This document shows, one piece after another, positions 55,401-64,000 of a stretch of 64,000 nt of DNA (the stretch's first letter is position 1; each line of letters starts with the position of its first letter). The notes under the pieces were generated by a model. It worked only from the letters and a program-made list of their open reading frames with translations, did not search any database and was not told the DNA's origin. Both the position numbers and the translations under genes were made by a program. Source of the stretch: Octopus sinensis. Taxonomy: Eukaryota. The DNA is taken from the NCBI RefSeq assembly GCF_006345805.1, contig NC_043012.1, positions 11,842,001 to 11,906,000 of the forward strand, given 5' to 3'.

Positions 55401-57149
55401 CTCATACAGGAGAGCTAGGAAGGAAGGGAGATAATAAAGTAGTGGTGATCCCAAAACGAAGGTGCGCGTGCGTGTGTATGTGAGAGCGTGTATGTGCGTG
55501 TGGAAGGGGGTGACATTGATGTGTGCGTGTGTGCATGTGTAGGTGTGTGGATGATGATGTAGGTGCTGGGAAGGGGTTAGTGCTAGTGTTTGTGGGGTTG
55601 TGATGTGGTGTATAGTTTGGTATATATATATATACATACATATATATATATATACATATATATATATACATATATACATATAATTATAATTATATGTTTA
55701 TATATATATATCAGCAGATTGAGTGAAATTTTCCTAGGATTAAAAATTGGCAATATTAGATAATCCAGGATTTATCGTATGTGAAATAGAAAGAGGGACA
55801 GGTTCATAGCTGAAACCATTTTCTTCGCCAATCTCTCATTTTCTCACCTTAACACTTTACATTTTTCCTATTTTCTTTCAAACTAAATAATTCAGGAAAC
55901 ATTACTTCTTCCCGCCTTTCTTTCGATCTGCTCTCTCTTTTTTACCTGTTTCTTTACTTAAACCTTTCACACAATTCTTCACCTTCGAATTTCATTAAGA
56001 AATCTCAATTTTTTCCTCGTTTCATTTTTCATCTTTCACCTTTTCCTATTTACTCTTCTCTAACCTTTAAAACGTTATATTTTTAAAACCCAGCCCTACA
56101 CATCGCTGTTCATTCATTCTTTCACTCCATTCTTCTTTGCTCTTTGTCTTAACTTTTCTGCCACATTCCTTCGAAAGACCAGTTTTATCTTTTGCTCGTT
56201 TATTTTCCCTTCTATTTCAGCATTTGATTTCTTTCATCTCACGCGCGGACAAAAGGCTTCAAATTTATTGAATCGAGAATAGTGGAATTAATTACTAAAA
56301 GCATTTAAAGGAAGCTTATTTTATCAACTTTGGCAGAATGAGAGGATGAGTTCGGTGGAATTTCACCTCAGAACATTAAGAATGACACAAAACATTGTTA
56401 ATTTGACAGGCGATTAACACATTTTGCCTTTCATCAACGCAAGGATAATAATAGTGGATTCAAAGTATTGGCATAGAGTCAGTTATTTTGGAGAAAGAGA
56501 GAGAGAGAGAGAGTCGATTAAGTAGATCTCAGTGTTCTACTGGTACTTATTTTACCGATTTCGGGAAAGACAAAATGCAAAGTCGAACTCGGTGGAATTT
56601 AAACTCAGAAACTAGAGTCGAAAGACTCTCAGCCTCTTGAAACTGCCAGCTTGCCAGATTCATAATGATCAAGATAATAATAATCCCTTTTAATTTTGAC
56701 CCAAGGTCAGCACAAAACCACTCATTTCGGAGGAAGAATGTCGCTAATTTGTTGTTTAACCCCAGGTCAGGCATGTTTTAAGAGATATATAAGCAAAGGC
56801 GTTCTAGTCACGGCAATACAATTTATTATTTAAAGAAGTCTATTTAGGACCATTTTATTTCTTAAGTTGGAAGAAATTTAATTATTTTTTCCCCAAAGAA
56901 ATTAGAGCGAATCCATAAAGAGTCTCTAAAAACGGTGGATTGCTCGATAAAATTGACGGTTACCCAGTTCAGCTTCACTGAATTCGCTGCTCTCATAAAC
57001 TTAACTGGAGAGCAGAATTTTTCTCTTCACTTTCATTACCTTATTTAAGCGATCCTTAAAGCAGTTTAAGAGGACTGTACCGGCTGGAAAAACCCCTTGT
57101 CTTCGCCCTTTTAGGCCTCAAAGGCTATGCTATTTCTTTTTCGAAGGCG

Positions 57150-57450
57150 TTAATCATCCTTATAAAGGATTCAAATCGGCTAGCAGTTGAATGCCTTCTA
57201 ACACCACGATAACAACAATCCGGGAATAAGTCTCGTGATTAATGATCAGTAGACATTTAACAAGTAATTCAGGATTGTTTCGTCGTTCTCACTACATTTC
57301 GAACACATTCATTATATAGTAAAAACTGCGCTTGTAGGGCCCGATACGACAGCTCCATGGGGGTATTATTACTAGACTAATGATGTTGGAAATTATCCTT
57401 AAATTGCCGACCTGAAGCTCCATGTTCATAGGTTTTTCAAAGCCTCATCG
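57150..57450 (-). mobile_element. Old Tx1-clade C-terminal (zinc finger) remnant
   Basis: DNFQ...CSKCSENDETILNYLL, colinear with DNFQ...CPRCGQSDETALH of the 27421 element. Confidence 0.5.
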
Positions 57451-57769
57451 GCACGAGGTGTATGTCTCGTCACTTATGGACTCCACTAAAACGGGACTGC
57501 TAGGGTAGACGTTCCACCGGCTGCATTGGTAGAGAAATGTAGCCATTTGGCAACACTCAATATGTTATAAGGTTTTCCTCAGTCTTGGCTTGACACAAGA
57601 CTGTAACTCTGCCTATTTCAAGCTTGACATATGACGACTACATTGTCTCACCTCAGTGCACGTCCCTACATCATCTCATACTACACTCTAACAGTGAGTT
57701 AGAGTCTGTGACAGTCGATAATGAACTTTATGGCCAAAACAAGGAACCGACTGAACTGGTGACCAATGT

Positions 57770-57990
57770 ATTCGAAGATTTTCGCTGGGCCAGAGTGGGG
57801 AACACATGCGCCTTCTCCCGGAGGCGTCTTGAGGTCGTGGTGAAAGCTGAGGGCGGCTACTTTGAGTAAACTGTTATCTTCCATCCATAATTTAGTTGGT
57901 AATTTTTTGAATTTTTAAAATATTCAAAATTTTTGTTAGGGATATTGTTTTCTTTTCCTTTTATGCAAACTATCAAAACCACGTACTACA
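57770..57990 (+). mobile_element. Tc1/mariner transposase C-terminus and 3' end
   Basis: CAFSRRRLEVVVKAEGGYFE* is a typical terminal motif. Confidence 0.65.
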
Positions 57991-58119
57991 ATTGTATAAA
58001 ATTGTACTTAAATTAATACCGATTCCGAATGAGGGTTCGTAAAATTAGTCTATGAATCAGCAAGAATTACCAGCTAAATCACCGGCAATTCCTCTAACTA
58101 CACGTTATCTTAAATATTT

Positions 58120-58742
58120 GTTTCTTTATTGCCCACGGCGGGCTAAACACAGAGAGGACAAACAAAGGGATTAAGTCGATTACACCAACCCCAGTGCATA
58201 ACTGTTACTTATTTAATCGAGCCCGAAAGGATGAAAGGTAAAGTCGACCTCGGCGGAATTTGAACTCAGAATGTAACGGCAGACGAAATACCGTTAAGCA
58301 TTTCGCCCGTCGTGCTAACGTTTCTTATTTCTTTACTACCCACAAGGGGCTACACACAGAGGGGACAAAGAAGGACAGACAAACGGATTAAGTCGATTAC
58401 ATCGACCCCAGTGCGTAAGTTGTACTTATTTAATCGACCACGAAAGGAAGAAAGGCAAAGTCGACCTCGGCGTAATTTGAAATCAGAACGTAATGGCAGA
58501 CGAAATACCTATTTCTTTATTATCCACATGGGGCTAAACATAGAGTAGACAAACAAGGATAGACAAAGGGATTAAGCCGCTTACATCGACCCCAGTGCGT
58601 AACTGGTACTTAATTTATCAATCCCGAAAGGATGAAAGGCAAAGTCGACCTCGGCGGAATTTGAACTCCGAACGTAACGGCAGACGAAATACTGCTAAGC
58701 ATTTCGCCCGGCACGCTAACGTTTCTGCCAACTCGCCGCCTT
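58120..58742 (-). mobile_element. Head-to-tail trimer of SINE family A
   Basis: Three copies of gtcgacctcggcg.aatttgaa.tc.gaa spaced about 200-215 bp apart. Confidence 0.9.
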
Positions 58743-58990
58743 AAATTTGTCTTAAATTGCCTTAAATGTTGCATAATATTGCAGTCCTTGATACACTGTT
58801 CGTTTGTCTTACGTCTGTTTCTCTATGCTGGTATATACACTGTAAGTGTACTTATTTGAAACAGTAATTTTATAGGAGGATGTTCTTCCTGTCGCTAACC
58901 CTTCCCTGTTTTAGCAGTAAGTGCTTTGTTTATGTTATACTACTTTGTGAGCTTAGAGCTACAAATTATTAAAGAAAAAAACATGACAGA

Positions 58991-59053
<63 letters not shown>

Positions 59054-59184
59054 GGGGGAGAGAGAAAGAGAGAATGGTAACGGCTGGAATAGCTTTTGAT
59101 AAAAAGGTTTTCGTGATCAAACCTAACGCGAAGTTAAACGAGGAAATGAAGTAGAAAGGGAAGAAGAACCAGCAGCAACAGAAT

Positions 59185-59196
59185 AATATAATAATA

Positions 59197-59239
<43 letters not shown>

Positions 59240-59361
59240 TAATAATTATAATAGTAATAACAACAATAATAATAATAATAACAATAATAATAATAACAAC
59301 AACAACAACAACAACAACAACAATAATAATAATAATAATGATAATAATGATAATAATGATG

Positions 59362-59404
<43 letters not shown>

Positions 59405-59466
59405 TAATAATGATAATAATGATGATAATAATAATAATGATGATGATAATAATAATAATAATAATA

Positions 59467-59505
<39 letters not shown>

Positions 59506-59658
59506 AAATTGCACTACTAGGCACTGCACACATCCTACGCAGAACACTTTCCATACAATAACCATCAGAGCATCACAACAAATCACAGCACATACCCAAG
59601 GCACACAGAGCTGCGCTCGGTAGTGAAGTGAAAGCACGCTATAAAAATAAAACTACTG

Positions 59659-59755
<97 letters not shown>

Positions 59756-59906
59756 TTGATGATGATGATGATGATGATGATGACGACGACGACGACGACG
59801 ACAACAACGACGATGACGATGACGATGACGATGATGATGATGATGATGTGGATGAGGATGAGGATGAGGATGAGGATGAGGATGATGATGATGATGATGG
59901 TGAGGG

Positions 59907-59996
<90 letters not shown>

Positions 59997-60010
59997 GAGG
60001 AAGAAGAAGA
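59185..60010. repeat. Compound trinucleotide microsatellite field (AAT, AAC, GAT, GAC, GAG, ATT)
   Basis: Directly visible; similar tracts continue to about 61330. Confidence 0.95.
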
Positions 60011-61444
60011 AGACGAATTCAGTGACGGAACTCGTGGATGTTTTCTCGACTTCCAACAAATAACTATATCTTCTATGAAGATTGCCCTGCCATCTTGAAA
60101 AAGATGGTAAATATATTTTGTGTCGTAGCACTAGATAAGCTGCTTTTCGATATAACAATAAAACGGGGTGGCCACAATTGGAATTATGTCATCTTGGAGT
60201 TTAAACAATAACAATAACACAACAACAACAACAACAACAACAACAAAGATACCAACGATAGTCGCAGCAACGACAACAACTCTACTTGAAATTCAGTTGT
60301 GATTCGTTGATTCGCAGTGTTCAATGCTATCTCCATCCCCTCCTCCGTGGTGGGACGTATTTCTTCGATAAGACAGCCAGTCTATCGAAGGTGGTGGTGG
60401 TGGTGGTGGTGGTGAAGGCGGGTAGGGTTTTACTTGTAATCCACTTAACGTTACGGAAACTAGAGAGTTGATCTCTGCTCTCCTATAGATTCTTGTCATT
60501 TAGACAAGGATTAACTTATTTTCAGCGTCAGCACACATCTTATCTCGTATTCCCTCCATCCCACTCAATTCTTACTCTCCTCCTGTCGTCTCTTCCATTT
60601 GTTGTTGTTGCTGTTGTTGTTGTTCTTCTTCTTGTTCTTGTTCTTGTACTTGTTGTTGTTGTTCTTCTTCTTCTCCTTCCCCCTCCATTGCCCCGCCTCC
60701 TCCTCCTCCTCCTTCTTCTCCCTTCCCCCTCTAATGCCCCTCCTTCTTCCCCTCTTCTTCTTTTTCTTCTTCTTCTTCCTTCCCCTCCAATACCCCCTCC
60801 TCTTCCTTCTCCCCCACTTCTTTTTCTTCTTCTTCTTCTTCTTCCAATCTTTCAGTGTCTTCACCTAACCCCAAACACGGCATCCACATCCTCAAGCTCC
60901 TCTCCCCACCCCTTCCTTTATCTCTCTCTCTCTCTCTCTCTTTCTCTTTCTTTCGCCACCTCTCCTCTTCATCTCTGGCCTCTATGTCTTAGCTTTGTTC
61001 CAGCGTCAACGTTTGTATATCACAGCAGTTCTACCATATGTAGGAAGAAATCCAAATCTTACTGCCCCCTTTACGACGACGACGACGATGGCGACCACCA
61101 CCACCACCACCACCAAAATACAGGACAGCCACGGCTGGAATATCATTGATCACGGTTTGCATGGACAGAGCTTGTTTGGTTCTCAAGCGCAACAACAGCA
61201 AACCATTACCAACACCATCAAAATAACAACCATCACTACCGCTGCCACTGACACCGCCACCACCGCCGCCACGGCCACGGAAATCACCACCACCACTAAC
61301 AACAACAACAACAACAACCTTAAGCATCAGCTATATTGACCATAGAAAGATCACCAATAGTAAAATTGTCTCAACACGTATATATAAACAAACATGTGCG
61401 CGTCGAACTTCCCGCATACATACACAGATGCGTGCATACGTACG

Positions 61445-61447
61445 AAC

Positions 61448-61537
<90 letters not shown>

Positions 61538-61590
61538 TGATAGATAGATAGATAGATAGACAGACAAACAGATAGATAGATAGATAGATC

Positions 61591-61652
<62 letters not shown>

Positions 61653-61674
61653 CAGATAGATAGATAGATAGATT

Positions 61675-61705
<31 letters not shown>
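61445..61705. repeat. (ATAG)n microsatellite
   Basis: Directly visible. Confidence 0.95.
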
Positions 61706-61706
<1 letters not shown>

Positions 61707-61775
61707 CACACACACATATACACACGCTGCATGCATACAGATACATACTGCATGGACACACACACATAAATATAA

Positions 61776-61818
<43 letters not shown>

Positions 61819-61947
61819 GAGAGCGTGAATGGCAGATAGAGAGAAAGGGAAAAATGAAGAGGTTCATGGATACAGAAGGCAAAACAGTTCTTCTAAATGT
61901 CTCTGTCTGACGTCTGTCTGTCTGTCTGTCTCCTCTCTCTCTTTATA

Positions 61948-61990
<43 letters not shown>

Positions 61991-63033
61991 GACATTGGAA
62001 AAACTAAGTGTAAACACCATTAAAACCTAAAAAATATAAAACAGTACAAACACAAATATATATCCAGAAATGTAGAAAACAAATATAAAAGCGAAAACCA
62101 AGTAAAACCGCAAAAAAAACAACCATCAATAAAAAACCTAAAAGGACAAGCATAGCATAGAACTATCGTATAATAAGCAAGAATGTCCATAAGAACCGGA
62201 GATCAAGATAAAATAGACCCCTTCCTAGACCACATAGAAGCACACTATTGAGAGATATGCACACACATATGCACAAACACACGCATACACATAAACATGT
62301 ACGAGCCCAAATAGAACGTAGACAGATGCTCATTTAGAGGGAGATACAGAGATTCACCGATATTCACACAGCGTTGAAATCTCTGGAGGATGTTACTGTC
62401 TTTGAGAGATAGCCGCGAAACTAAATTGAATTTCTCGTCATTCTTATCCCTACTTCCAAATCTATTTGCTGGAAACCCACACGTGCTGTGCGTACATACA
62501 TCCACGCACATACTGACACTAACACATACTTACACTCATATGCTCACACACATGTAGACACACACACTGAGAGAGTGAGGAAGAAGGATAGAGGGGCAGG
62601 TAGAGAGGGAAATAGAGTGAAAGTATTTGCGACGGAGAGAGAGAGAGAGAGTGCGAGGCACACACGTACGCATACATGTAAACGTATATATTTATATATG
62701 TATAATGCATGTGCGTATAAACTATCTTTCGTATATGCTCGTATGTATGTGTGTGTGTGTGTGTAGAGATGTGTATATGAGCGTAGTGATGCGTACATGA
62801 GTATATATGCGTGTGTATGGGCGCATATGCGTAGACATATATATGTATATATGTGTGTTTGCATGTATATGTACACGCGTGTGTGAGTATTATATATATG
62901 TGTGTGTGTGTGTACGAGTATGTGAGTGTGTATATGTGTGCATAAGCTGATTCTATGAACGAAATTATACGTTCTCCATGTCTATTGGAGTAACTTCTCT
63001 TTCTTCAAGGTTTTTTCATAGCGTTATTTTCTC

Positions 63034-63094
63034 AATAACTGATGAGATGCCGAAGCAGACTTCAGTCCCGGTATCCGAAGCTCTGAGTTTTATT
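63034..63094 (+). ncRNA. Type I hammerhead-like motif with long stem II (A15.1 to G variant)
   Basis: AAUAA CUGAUGA GAUGCCG-(16 nt)-CGGUAUC C GAA GCUC U GAGU U UUAUU. Confidence 0.55.
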
Positions 63095-63139
63095 ATGACA
63101 GCCAACTAATTGTCACATTCTATATATATATATATATAT

Positions 63140-63190
<51 letters not shown>

Positions 63191-63299
63191 ATATGAGAAA
63201 TTAAAAAAGGAACATACACACACTTACATGATTATAATATAATTTTTAATGTATCGACAGGTTTCGCAATCGCTATTTATGATATAATGTTTAATTTAT

Positions 63300-64000
63300 A
63301 TGAATATATATTTTTTCTTAAAAAAAGTTAACAATGAAATCATACCTTACATTTATTATAAACCAACTGACTCAAAACAATATCTTCTTTTTAACTCATG
63401 CCACCCGAAACACATAAAAATAAACATCCCTTTTAACTTAGCAAAAAGGATCTGCACAATAGTGTCTAATAGAACAACTCGGGACCTTCGTCTTCAAGAC
63501 CTCAAAGCAACACTTATTGAAAGACAATATCCACCCTCTCTTATCGACGAGGGAATTAAACGTGCCAAACAATTAGACACAAAAACACTAAGAACAAAAA
63601 GACAGAGCACCACACCTCAAACCAAAATATTACTTTTTATATCAACACACAACCCCAGAAACAGTGAGCCATTCAACACTATTGTGCAAACTCTCCCTTT
63701 ACTAACTAGAGATTACTAACAAATGCGATGCTTTACAAAACAAACACGAAACCAACGGTTGAAAAATGTGGACCCCCGAACTGTAGCACCTGCCCCAACC
63801 TGCTTGAAGGCTCGGATTTCCTTTTCAAACAAGGACAGAGGTTCACAATAAAAACTAATTTCACCTGTGCCTCTGAGAACCTAATTTAATTTAATAACCT
63901 GCTCGGGTTGCAGTCATCAGTACATTGGACAAACGAGTTTAACTTTGAGGAAGAGAATCACTCTGCATAAGGAGCAAATCCATTTCCCGCAATACAGAAA
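63300..64000 (+). mobile_element. Penelope-like element fragment: RT C-terminus/thumb, linker and GIY-YIG endonuclease; runs off the window end
   Basis: YKPTDSKQYLLFNSCHPKHIKINIPF; CGPPNCSTC; FTCASENLI / LITCSGCSHQYIGQT..LRKRITLH; one stop and a frameshift. Confidence 0.93.

Noticed and set aside
58120-58742. CRISPR-like or retrozyme array
   Set aside because: The units are SINE copies of about 200 bp with no repeat-spacer structure and no CUGANGA core.
59848-60200. Acidic D/E-rich ORF and adjacent 57-aa ORF
   Set aside because: The first derives from repeats; the second has no recognisable motif or splice support.

Overview
AT-rich, repeat-dense, non-coding eukaryotic DNA. The SINE families, microsatellite load and LINE types look like an octopus/coleoid cephalopod genome (inference from pattern recognition, not a search). 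I find no intact host gene. Almost all ORFs in the track are translations of (AT)n, (CA)n, (CTAT)n or trinucleotide tracts. Recognisable elements are all decayed: Tx1/L1-clade LINEs (about 6 pieces), RTE LINEs, a CR1/L2-like RT, an R4/Dong-like fragment, a Penelope RT + GIY-YIG fragment, Tc1/mariner remnants, and three tRNA-derived SINE families in many copies. The main signal outside the ORF track is at least 13 minimal type I hammerhead-ribozyme-like motifs in about four sequence families. Most sit in short (AT)n-associated repeats that resemble solo Penelope pseudo-LTRs, and one subfamily carries a fixed CUGUNGA (A6U) core. Also notable are a Tx1 family apparently targeted to (TCTA)n microsatellites and an unusual number of fold-back palindromes. 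Many repeat boundaries are approximate (tens of bp).
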